IMG/VR virus record: IMGVR_UViG_3300020420_000008
Location: 32,001-96,000 of that record
Direction: 5' to 3' (one strand)
DNA: 64,000 nt
Source: a virus
This document shows, one piece after another, positions 27,863 to 37,143 of the stretch (position 1 is its first letter; each line of letters begins with the position of its first letter). Position numbers and translations under genes: made by a program. The notes below the pieces were generated by a model, which saw only the letters and a program-made list of their open reading frames with translations, was not told the origin of the DNA and did no database searches.

Positions 27863-28725
27863 TGATACTATCAAAATCAGAGTACGAAACTTTAAATAGT
27901 TTTCAAGAGTTAGAAGAGAAACTAATATTATTTAACAATGGTAAAAATTATGGGCAAATTGTTTTTATGGCTGGTGGTGCTGGTTCAGGTAAAGGTTTTG
28001 CGATTCAGAATTTCATGCAAGGCGAGAAATTTAAGGTACGAGATGTTGATGAATGGAAGAAGGCTCTTATCAAGCTTGCGAAAATGAAAGACAGTGATTC
28101 AGAACTAGCTAAACTGAATCTAAGAAATCCTGAAGATGTATTTAAATTACACACTATCGTAAGAGAAAAAGGTATCAAAAATAAAACACTTGACATGTTG
28201 TTAACAGGTGCTAAGAAAGATAGATTACCAAACATACTTTTTGATATCACTATGAAAGATAGTAATGATATAAGTGATGTTGCGCCTAAACTCATAGAAG
28301 CTGGTTATGAGCCTAAAAATATTCATCTAGTATGGGTATTAACAAGTTACAAACAGGCGGCAAAAGCCAACAAAGAAAGAGATAGAGTTGTACCTGATGC
28401 AATACTTTTTCAGTCGCACCAAAAGGCTGCCATGAATATGTTACAGAGAATTAAATCTATGGCTCTTGGTAATAGAACCGGTATTGGTAGAAAGTATGTA
28501 GATGGACAAGTACATGTTATTTTGAATAACAGAGAGAAAACAATATTTCACCCAGGATATGAAGGCAAAGCTGTCAAAGATTTTTCTTATGTTACGATTA
28601 AGAAGAGTGGACAAAACTATTTAAAAGATGCTGATATACTAGCTACTGTTATAAGATGGGTTCTAGCAAACTCACCATTATCACCTCAAAGTGTCAGTGC
28701 TTTAAAGAAAAGGTTTAAATTGTAA
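27862..28725 (+). CDS. P-loop kinase/NTPase (zeta-toxin/AAA_33-like), probable internal head protein
   Basis: GGAGSGKG Walker A, LFDIT Walker B, N.ERDRVVP lid; N-terminal QELEEK resembles a prohead-protease site. Confidence 0.65.
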   Translation: MILSKSEYETLNSFQELEEKLILFNNGKNYGQIVFMAGGAGSGKGFAIQNFMQGEKFKVRDVDEWKKALIKLAKMKDSDSELAKLNLRNPEDVFKLHTIVREKGIKNKTLDMLLTGAKKDRLPNILFDITMKDSNDISDVAPKLIEAGYEPKNIHLVWVLTSYKQAAKANKERDRVVPDAILFQSHQKAAMNMLQRIKSMALGNRTGIGRKYVDGQVHVILNNREKTIFHPGYEGKAVKDFSYVTIKKSGQNYLKDADILATVIRWVLANSPLSPQSVSALKKRFKL

Positions 28726-29954
28726 TGTTAAATTATAATAGTTATATAAGAGAGCAGTATAGGAACTTACAAGAAAAAGTATGGAAACCTAATATGGGCG
28801 ACTTAGCTGAACCTATTCTTGCATGTGGTGTGGCGGCAAAGTTTGCAAATCCCGATGCTATTGTAACAAGAACAGCTATTGAAAAACTTTTAAGAAAAGT
28901 AATTAAAAAGAATCCAGAAAATATAGATGGTAAACCTGGAGGTGAATTAAAAGTAAAAGATAATATCTTTCTTAGAGTTGCAATACGAAGAAGAGAATGG
29001 GAATGGTTGAAAGATGAAAGTCATTGGGAACTCATTGATTGGCAGTTCAAAGCAGTAGCACAATACTGTAATGATAAAAGTAGAAGTGTACAAGGTAAAA
29101 TCGATCTGATGCAAGGTAAGGGTAGACGATTACACTTAATAGCAAAGGCATATATGTTGAATGGTAGAAAAGATGAGATACGTGTCGATGCTGATGGTAC
29201 AGGTGATCAGAAAGGTACAAAAGCTGATATTAAGATTACACTGAATGGTAAGAAAGCAAACATGCAGATGTCACTCAAAGTAAAAGGTGGTGATCAGATA
29301 GGACAGAAAGCTGGTGTACCATTTGATAGACAGTATGAGATATTTAAAGAATTGGGTATTGATGTTGGACCTGCAAGAAAAGAATATGATGAAGCAGTAA
29401 AAGAAATAGATTTAGGTTTTTACTTTTTAGACAGAGCAGAAGTATCAAAAGGTAAAGATGATAAAAGACTACCCAAAGCTATAGAGATGCAAAAGCAATT
29501 GAGAGAAGCTAACTCTAAATCATATAGACTGGCGGCAAAAATTTGCAAAGCAAAGATGGACGCTGGTGATGAAAAGTTTGTGGGTAAATTAGCTGAATTT
29601 TTAATAAATTACGGAAGTCTAGGTGATAAACAAATAGAGATAATAACATTAACAACGAAAGGTTTCAAGAAAGCCAAGTTCGGTAGAAACTTTAAGAAAC
29701 AATTATTAGAATACTATCCAAAACTAAAGGTTATATTCAATATGGACGATGGAGATCCTTCTATTGAGTTCTATGATCCTGAAATAGGAGATAGATCAAG
29801 TACAGAAGCTAGATTGTTTCGTATACGTGGTAAAACACTATATGAATCGAAAACGAAGAAGATAGATGGTAAGACAAAAAAAATCTTTCCATTGTATGTG
29901 AGAAACTTAGTTGAAGCTGGTGGATTATTATACAAACTAGCAGTAGATAGTTAA
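28725..29954 (+). CDS. putative PD-(D/E)XK restriction-like nuclease, probable internal head protein
   Basis: TKADIKITLNGKKANMQMSLK (K-x-D...S-x-K); Lys-rich; MLNYNSYIRE...LQEK resembles a capsid-targeting sequence. Confidence 0.5.
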   Translation: MLNYNSYIREQYRNLQEKVWKPNMGDLAEPILACGVAAKFANPDAIVTRTAIEKLLRKVIKKNPENIDGKPGGELKVKDNIFLRVAIRRREWEWLKDESHWELIDWQFKAVAQYCNDKSRSVQGKIDLMQGKGRRLHLIAKAYMLNGRKDEIRVDADGTGDQKGTKADIKITLNGKKANMQMSLKVKGGDQIGQKAGVPFDRQYEIFKELGIDVGPARKEYDEAVKEIDLGFYFLDRAEVSKGKDDKRLPKAIEMQKQLREANSKSYRLAAKICKAKMDAGDEKFVGKLAEFLINYGSLGDKQIEIITLTTKGFKKAKFGRNFKKQLLEYYPKLKVIFNMDDGDPSIEFYDPEIGDRSSTEARLFRIRGKTLYESKTKKIDGKTKKIFPLYVRNLVEAGGLLYKLAVDS

Positions 29955-29964
29955 AGGAGATAAT

Positions 29965-30171
29965 ATGGCAGAAGAATTTTTACAAGAAATAAAAGAACCA
30001 AAACACACAGATGATCCTCATGATTCAGTAGGTAAAGAATCTCTTGATGGATATATTGAAATAGATATTTTCAAACCAGGAAATAAACCAAAAGATAGAC
30101 ATGTTTCACAAGTAACAATCAAAGATGGGAAGAGGATAGTTGGTGATGAAAAACTTCCTAGGGATAAATGA
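29965..30171 (+). CDS. hypothetical protein
   Basis: AAGGAG RBS. Confidence 0.55.
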   Translation: MAEEFLQEIKEPKHTDDPHDSVGKESLDGYIEIDIFKPGNKPKDRHVSQVTIKDGKRIVGDEKLPRDK

Positions 30172-31648
30172 TTTTATATGGTTCTTCGGGGTTGTCGAAG
30201 ACCGTAATGATCCTGTACAACTCGGAAGGTTGCGTGTCAGGTGTTATGGTTGGCACACCGATGATAAGAACGAAATACCTACTGACAGTCTTCCATGGGC
30301 AATACCTATCCAAGATGTCACTTCCGCAGGCGTCAGTGGAAAAGGTAAATCGCCTACGGGAATCCTTGAAGGATCGTGGGTTATTGGATTCTTTGCAGAC
30401 GGAAAGAAAGCACAACAACCATACATAATGGGAACAATAGCTGGAGCGCCTAAGTTTTCAGCAGATAGTTCAAGAGGTTTCAATGATCCAAATGGTAAAT
30501 ATCCTTTATATGTTGATGAGAGTGATGTTAACAAACTTGCGAGAGGCACTCCTACTATTACAATTGATAGTGATGGCACTATTGGAGCGCCTGAAGCGTC
30601 TTATAAAGCCGAGTACCCCTACAATCATGTAACGGAAACTGAGAGCGGACATGTCATTGAAGTTGATGACACACCTAATGCAGAACGTATACAAGTCTTT
30701 CATAAATCAGGAACAGTAATAGAAATACAACCTAGTGGCGATGTAGTCATACAACAAAAGAATAATTTTCAGACTATATCTGGTGATAATAATATACACA
30801 CTACTGGTAACTTAAATTATTTTGTTGATGGTGATATAAACTTCAATACAAGAGGAAACTTTAATGTTACAACATTTAATAATGTTGACATCAAATCAAA
30901 ACGAATAGATTTAAATAGTACAACAGGTGATTTGTATACACCAGAACTTATAGATGATGCTATATTATTTGAAACCAATATTGTAAAACTAAAACCTGAA
31001 GAAACACAAATAGAACCAGATGTAGAGTATCCAGATAATCCAGAACAAGTAGAACAAACTGACGGTAAGAATCCAGAAGATGTAAAATATCCAGAGAAAA
31101 CGCCAGCTACTTGTGGTTCACCTGATAACCCACACAGAAATCCAATTGATGTTGCAACAGAACTGATGAACGAAGGTGGTTGGAAAGAAACAGGTAGTAA
31201 TCCTAAAATTAAGTTTCTTTGGGACGAGATTGGTTATAATGGTTCTCAATACGCAGACAGAACAGCGTGGTGTGCTGTGTTTGCTGGTGCAGTACTCAAG
31301 CGTTCAGGTAATAAGTACATACAAACAGCATCATCGCAAGCATATTCACAATATGGTACTGAAGTAGCAACAGCACAAGGTGATAAAATAGATTTGACAA
31401 ATCTCAAAAGAGGAGATATATTGGTATTTCAAAGAGGTGGTTCTGCAAAAGGAACTGGACACGTTGCATTTGCCACAGGTAACTTCACAGATACGCATAT
31501 AGAAGTTATTGGCGGTAATCAAAGTAATAGTATTACACAAAAGAGATATAAACTTAGAGGTGGTTTCTTCTGGAGATTAAGAACAGTCAGAAGAGCGGTA
31601 GCATGTGACGATGGTACCACACCAGCTCCAACATCTACAGCAATATAA
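30146..31648 (+). CDS. gp5: baseplate hub/spike gp5 with C-terminal NlpC/P60-CHAP-like (TIGR02594-type) domain
   Basis: GVVEDRNDP..LGRLRVRC.G.H OB fold; YPYNHV.ETESGH; WCAVF...GHVAF...GGNQ. Confidence 0.9.
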   Translation: MKNFLGINDFIWFFGVVEDRNDPVQLGRLRVRCYGWHTDDKNEIPTDSLPWAIPIQDVTSAGVSGKGKSPTGILEGSWVIGFFADGKKAQQPYIMGTIAGAPKFSADSSRGFNDPNGKYPLYVDESDVNKLARGTPTITIDSDGTIGAPEASYKAEYPYNHVTETESGHVIEVDDTPNAERIQVFHKSGTVIEIQPSGDVVIQQKNNFQTISGDNNIHTTGNLNYFVDGDINFNTRGNFNVTTFNNVDIKSKRIDLNSTTGDLYTPELIDDAILFETNIVKLKPEETQIEPDVEYPDNPEQVEQTDGKNPEDVKYPEKTPATCGSPDNPHRNPIDVATELMNEGGWKETGSNPKIKFLWDEIGYNGSQYADRTAWCAVFAGAVLKRSGNKYIQTASSQAYSQYGTEVATAQGDKIDLTNLKRGDILVFQRGGSAKGTGHVAFATGNFTDTHIEVIGGNQSNSITQKRYKLRGGFFWRLRTVRRAVACDDGTTPAPTSTAI

Positions 31649-31950
31649 TGCCAGGTATAGTTCGAGCAACATTAGACAAGAATGTCAAACATGAGGATCC
31701 TTTCACACCACTACCTCTTCATCAAACACCTTACACTAAATCTGGTGCTAATGTGTTTGTCAATGGTGAGCCTGCAATTGTTGTAGGTGATAAAACGAAC
31801 TGCGGTGATGAAGCACTCGTTGGTTCGCCTAATGTCTTTATTAATGGCAAAGCTGTACATAGAAAAGACGATGCTACAAAAGGACACGATAAGTTTCTAC
31901 CTAGTAAAGCAGAAACAGGTTCAGAAAATGTATTTGTAAATGGTGATTAA
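31648..31950 (+). CDS. gp5.4: PAAR spike tip protein
   Basis: repeated GS.NVFVNG motifs. Confidence 0.85.
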   Translation: MPGIVRATLDKNVKHEDPFTPLPLHQTPYTKSGANVFVNGEPAIVVGDKTNCGDEALVGSPNVFINGKAVHRKDDATKGHDKFLPSKAETGSENVFVNGD

Positions 31951-32000
31951 TAGTTATAAATAGACAATAGTATTTTATCATTATATGAAGGAAGAGTCAA

Positions 32001-32171
32001 GTGAATTATCATGATAGTTTGTTAAATCTTTTTGAAACTTACATAAGAGAGAGTGAAAAGTTTGAAAACGGAAATAAATCTGCTGGTACAAGAGCAAGAA
32101 AAGCTTTGGCAGAAATATCTAAAATCTGTACTGTAAGAAGAAAAGAGATACAAGAGAAGAAGAATGCCTGA
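32001..32171 (+). CDS. small basic Hc1-like protein (not in ORF track)
   Basis: GTG start, GNKSAGTRARKALAEI motif; late promoter TATAAATA at 31955-31962. Confidence 0.65.
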   Translation: MNYHDSLLNLFETYIRESEKFENGNKSAGTRARKALAEISKICTVRRKEIQEKKNA

Positions 32172-32559
32172 AACCAGTCAAGTCATATACAGCGATTTCG
32201 ATAATCAGTTTATCACAAATCCTATCACAAAGTCTTTAAATAAAAAGACTAATAGAGATGCAGTTAAACAAGCTGTAAAGAACTTGATATTGACTGATTT
32301 TGGAGAACGTCCTTTCAATGCAGGTATTGGTTGTAGTATTAGAGGATATCTATTCGAACCTTTCACTGCGTATCTACAAGATCAAATAAAAGAAGCCGTC
32401 TTTACTACAATACGCAACTATGAACCAAGAGCCAATATTATCGATTGCTTAGTAGAAGATAGAATAGATTTAAATGCTATATCAATAACAGTTGCATTCG
32501 AAATTGTAAATGATCCTCAAGCAATTGTTCTAGATGTAATTTTAGAAAGAGTACGATAA
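32164..32559 (+). CDS. gp25: baseplate wedge subunit
   Basis: VKNLILT..GERPF...IG and YEPR motifs. Confidence 0.9.
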   Translation: MPETSQVIYSDFDNQFITNPITKSLNKKTNRDAVKQAVKNLILTDFGERPFNAGIGCSIRGYLFEPFTAYLQDQIKEAVFTTIRNYEPRANIIDCLVEDRIDLNAISITVAFEIVNDPQAIVLDVILERVR

Positions 32560-32560
32560 C

Positions 32561-34324
32561 ATGTCTGCTAACACATATTTAAATATAACCGAAGTTGATT
32601 TTGCTGATATCAAATCTAATTTAAAAACATATTTACAATCTCAAACACAGTTTAACGACTATGATTTTGACGGTAGTAATATGTCCGTTTTGTTAGATGT
32701 ATTATCATACAACACACACTACAATGCATTTTATACCAATATGCTTGCAAATGAAATGTTTCTTGATACAGCACAACAGCGTGACAGCGTGGTATCTAGA
32801 GCAAAAGAACTAGGTTATATCACACGTTCTGCAAGAGGCGCAAGTGCAAATGTCACAATCACTTTTACAGGCGTATCAAACGCAATATCAGAATTTGCAC
32901 TACCAAAGAATACAACATTTACAACAAGCATAAACAATAGAACATTTACATTCGTTACACCTGAAACAAACATAATAAAAAATATATCAAATACATTTTC
33001 AAAAGCAATAACGATAACAGAAGGAACACCAGTCACACAAGAGTTTACAGTAAGTGATGCATCGCCTGTTAAGTATGTTATACCGAATGAGAATGTTGAT
33101 ACACGAAGTATTCGGGTGGCAGTTAAAGAGTCTTCAACCTCTTCTGCAAATACTATTTACACACAAGCAACAAACATACGTGATGTGAATAACCAATCGG
33201 CTGTTTACTACTTACAAGAGACACATGATAAACAATATGAAATATTATTTGGCACTGGTTCTCTAGGAAAACCTGTAGTGAATGGAAACATAATACAAGT
33301 AGAATATAGGGTATGTCATGGTATACAGACAAACGGCGCTAATACTTTCTCTATTGATAATTTATCAGTTACTCCTAGTTACACAAGCACTAATCTCGCA
33401 GTAAATTCAGTAGCGAGAGGAGGAGTAGAAATAGAAAGTGTTGATAGTATAAAGTTTAACGCACCAAGAAATTACAAGATTCAAAATCGTGCAGTTGTTG
33501 CAAAAGACTTTGAAAGAATAATATTAAATGAGAACACTAATTTATCATCAGTCGTAGCATTTGGTGGTGAAGAAGCAGAACCTGCCGTTCATGGTAAAGT
33601 TTACATTGCTATAAAACCTCAAGGTGAGTTAATACCTACAGCAACACTAAAAGATGAGATAAAGAACTCTATTAAAACTAGAACAATGTTAGGTATTGAT
33701 CCTCTAATTATAGATCCAACATATCTATATGTGATACCCACTATCACAACTTACTACGACACACTCAAAGCAAATATAGGTACTTCAGCAATACAAACAC
33801 TTGTACGTGATTCTATATCTAATTATTCAACAAATAGTTTAGAACAGTTTGGTAAAAAACTACGATACTCTAGATTTGTACGTAATTTAGATAATACAAA
33901 TGACGCAGTATTGAATAATGAAGCTGAGTTTCAGATGCAAAAAAGATTTGTACCTAGTAGAACAACAGCAACGCTTGTAGACTTGGAGTTTCATAATACT
34001 ATTGAGAAAAACTCGGTAACATCTACGACATTTACTTTTAATGATTTTATCGCACAGTTAGATGATGACGGTTTAGGTAATATTAGAATTTTTAGATTCA
34101 ATGATCAGAAAGAACAAGTGTTTATCGATGCTACAGCTGGTACAATAAATTACATAACAGGTAAAATATCATTGAATAAATTTGTTGTGTCAGCTTTTGA
34201 TGGTATAGAAGTAAAAGTAAATGCTAGTCCTGTAAATAAAGATATCGTGCCTCTAAGAGAACAGATTATAATTATATCTTCCGCCGATGCAGTTATTAAT
34301 ACACAAGCAGAGGTTACTAATTAA
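32561..34324 (+). CDS. gp6: baseplate wedge subunit
   Basis: DYDFDGSNMSVLLDVLSYNTHYN and QNRAV..KDF motifs. Confidence 0.92.
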   Translation: MSANTYLNITEVDFADIKSNLKTYLQSQTQFNDYDFDGSNMSVLLDVLSYNTHYNAFYTNMLANEMFLDTAQQRDSVVSRAKELGYITRSARGASANVTITFTGVSNAISEFALPKNTTFTTSINNRTFTFVTPETNIIKNISNTFSKAITITEGTPVTQEFTVSDASPVKYVIPNENVDTRSIRVAVKESSTSSANTIYTQATNIRDVNNQSAVYYLQETHDKQYEILFGTGSLGKPVVNGNIIQVEYRVCHGIQTNGANTFSIDNLSVTPSYTSTNLAVNSVARGGVEIESVDSIKFNAPRNYKIQNRAVVAKDFERIILNENTNLSSVVAFGGEEAEPAVHGKVYIAIKPQGELIPTATLKDEIKNSIKTRTMLGIDPLIIDPTYLYVIPTITTYYDTLKANIGTSAIQTLVRDSISNYSTNSLEQFGKKLRYSRFVRNLDNTNDAVLNNEAEFQMQKRFVPSRTTATLVDLEFHNTIEKNSVTSTTFTFNDFIAQLDDDGLGNIRIFRFNDQKEQVFIDATAGTINYITGKISLNKFVVSAFDGIEVKVNASPVNKDIVPLREQIIIISSADAVINTQAEVTN

Positions 34325-37143
34325 TGGCACTTGATGCAAAACTATCAACATTAGTAGAAAATCAGTTTCCTGCTTTTTATAAAGAAGAAGGTCCTAAATT
34401 TCTTGCTTTCATTAAAGCTTATTACCAGTACTTAGAAACAACTGGTAAACAACAAGATATTCAGAGAAACTTAAAAAACTACAAAGATATTGATACTACA
34501 TTAGACGAGTATATACAATACTTTCGTTCAGAGTTGATGCCTGAAATACCTGATGACGCTCTTGCGGATAAGAGATTGCTTGCCAAACGTATTAAAGACT
34601 TATATACAACAAAAGGTACAATCGATTCGTATAAGTTATTATTTAAAATACTTTATGATGAAGATGTTGAAATAAATTTTCCTGCGGATCAAATGCTTAA
34701 AGTATCTGATGGTGATTTTAGAATTGACAGATACTTGGTTACTCATCATGATCCTAGAGCGTATACTCTCATAGGAAAAACAATAAAAGGAACTGATAGT
34801 CAAGCTGAAGGCTTAGTAGAAGACGTAAAAAGACTTGTAGCTAAAAACAGAGATGTTGATCAAATTCTTTTGTCGAATGTAAAAGGTTCTTTTAATCATT
34901 TAGAAGCAATACAATTAAAAGGTGTACCAAATAGTTATGCACCAATTGTTGAGTGTGGTATACGTAGAGTTACAGTTGCAACAGGTGGTGGTGAATATAG
35001 AAAAGGTGATATCGTAGATATTATATCTTCTAAAACAGGTGCATTTGCCAAAGCAGTTGTAACAGATACTACAAATTTACAAAGTAAAGTTAACTTCAAT
35101 CTCATAGATGGTGGTTCAGGTTACGTAACAAGTGAAGAAGATCAAGGCACAATATTAGAGTATGTTGGTGGAGATGGAACAGCACCTGCCAGTTTTAAAA
35201 TATTTGCTGGTGATTTGACTGATACTTTTGCACTTAGTTTATGTGTAAATAAATTTGCTTCAAACACTATTTTTGGTTCTACTGCACCTAGAGTCAACTA
35301 CAGAGATGGTAGTTTCGGCATTATGGATTCACATGCAAATACTTTGTTATCTAGTCCTGATTTTGGGTTTAGAGAATCTAATGAAACTTTGACAGAAGGA
35401 ACAAATTTTAGAACAAACGCAAATGCTGTTTTAATTATAGCCAACACTTCTGATCCAGGTGTTGTAGTTGGTGATAGTTTATTTGGAGTAACTTCTTCAG
35501 CAAACGCAATAGTAAAAGCTATACGAAGAACATATGACACAACATTAGATAATGTTATTCTTGCAGTTGATACTTACAAAAATTTTCAAGCCAATGAAAA
35601 GGTTAATAAAGGAACAGATGAGGGTACTACAATAGGTACTGTCAAAGCAACAGGCGGTTTCTTTGCAAATACAATAGGTTATCATGTTATTCAAGTAGCA
35701 AACACTGATGGTGGTGGAGGAGTAACACAAGGCGATGAACTTGTAGGAATTAAATCAGGTGCTTTCGGTGTTGTTAAAAAAGTATTAGACATTACAGCTA
35801 GTAATCAATATGATCATGATGGTGATAGTACTCCTGATAGAAAAATTATTACTATGCAAGTAACATCAAATACTACATCAAACACAACAAGTCAATTCGA
35901 TGCTGGAGCCATGAAAGCATTTATAGAAAAAGAAGGTATTAGAAAAGTTGATAGTTCAGTTATCGTAGGAAACAATGTGAGTCAATCTGCTAATACATTA
36001 ATAGAAAATATTCATACTAAATTATCTGATTCGTTGTTATTTGTCAACAATACAGTTGGTACAATTGCTAGATTATCTAATAGATTAGGTGGACAGAACT
36101 TTACAGTGGCACCTAAAGTTGTAGTAGAGCATAGGAATGTTGCCGCCTTAGGTATCGGCGAAGCTTATCTTACTGTTCAATATGACGATATAAATTTTGC
36201 TACAGGCAATTCAAATATAACAGCACTTGATACTAATGACAGATTAGAACAAGCAACAACTGGTGCTAAAGGTAATATTATGAATGTTGGACAAACAATT
36301 CAACATGCCAATACAACTTATCAAACTGTTCTTAGATTATGGCAAGATGATTTGCAAAGAGAACCTGGAAATATTAATTGGGCTAATGATGCTATTGTAA
36401 CTACAAAACATTTTGATGATGCAAGTCGAAGCTCAGTAAAAGGAACAGGAACAATTAAAATAGTAGGCGTACAAGATGAAGGTGTATTAGGTGAAAACGC
36501 AAATATCACAGCCGATGTTGGTGCAAATGGCTCTATAAAAACTGCTAGAGTTATAGACTCTGGTTTCTCATACAAACCAAAAGAAACAATACTTTTTTCT
36601 TCTTCAGGTAGAACAAATGCCATTCAAGCAACAGGCACAATTACTATAGATGGTATAGCAAACGCTGAAGGTTATTATGCGTCTACAAGAGGACACGTAT
36701 CATCATCTAGAGGTTTTATACAAGATAGTAATTTTTACCAAGAGTTTTCATATGAAATTGCCGCCTCTATAGCACTAACAAGATATAGAGATGTTGCTTT
36801 GAGATTGATACATCCAGCTGGACAAAAGTTTTTCGGAAAATTTAAAGTTTCGACAAACGCTATGAGTCAATCAGTATCTACAAGTTTAATAAGAACAAGA
36901 AAAGTTGCAACAGGCACAATAGCCATCAATAACAATGCAAATACGATAACAGGAACTGGTACACAATTAACAACAGAATTTGCAAACGGACAATCAATAA
37001 TAATAGGTCCAATTAGCAATGTCTTTTATCAAGCACGACTAAATATAGTCAACAGTGCAACTAGTGCCAATCTCGCTGTGAATTGGACACATGGTAATAT
37101 AACAGGAGCAAATGCTCATTATTTTTCAGGAACGGTATCATAA
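34324..37143 (+). CDS. gp7: baseplate wedge initiator
   Basis: IKDLY..KGT..SYKLLF and IQDSNFYQEFSY...HPAG motifs. Confidence 0.8.
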   Translation: MALDAKLSTLVENQFPAFYKEEGPKFLAFIKAYYQYLETTGKQQDIQRNLKNYKDIDTTLDEYIQYFRSELMPEIPDDALADKRLLAKRIKDLYTTKGTIDSYKLLFKILYDEDVEINFPADQMLKVSDGDFRIDRYLVTHHDPRAYTLIGKTIKGTDSQAEGLVEDVKRLVAKNRDVDQILLSNVKGSFNHLEAIQLKGVPNSYAPIVECGIRRVTVATGGGEYRKGDIVDIISSKTGAFAKAVVTDTTNLQSKVNFNLIDGGSGYVTSEEDQGTILEYVGGDGTAPASFKIFAGDLTDTFALSLCVNKFASNTIFGSTAPRVNYRDGSFGIMDSHANTLLSSPDFGFRESNETLTEGTNFRTNANAVLIIANTSDPGVVVGDSLFGVTSSANAIVKAIRRTYDTTLDNVILAVDTYKNFQANEKVNKGTDEGTTIGTVKATGGFFANTIGYHVIQVANTDGGGGVTQGDELVGIKSGAFGVVKKVLDITASNQYDHDGDSTPDRKIITMQVTSNTTSNTTSQFDAGAMKAFIEKEGIRKVDSSVIVGNNVSQSANTLIENIHTKLSDSLLFVNNTVGTIARLSNRLGGQNFTVAPKVVVEHRNVAALGIGEAYLTVQYDDINFATGNSNITALDTNDRLEQATTGAKGNIMNVGQTIQHANTTYQTVLRLWQDDLQREPGNINWANDAIVTTKHFDDASRSSVKGTGTIKIVGVQDEGVLGENANITADVGANGSIKTARVIDSGFSYKPKETILFSSSGRTNAIQATGTITIDGIANAEGYYASTRGHVSSSRGFIQDSNFYQEFSYEIAASIALTRYRDVALRLIHPAGQKFFGKFKVSTNAMSQSVSTSLIRTRKVATGTIAINNNANTITGTGTQLTTEFANGQSIIIGPISNVFYQARLNIVNSATSANLAVNWTHGNITGANAHYFSGTVS

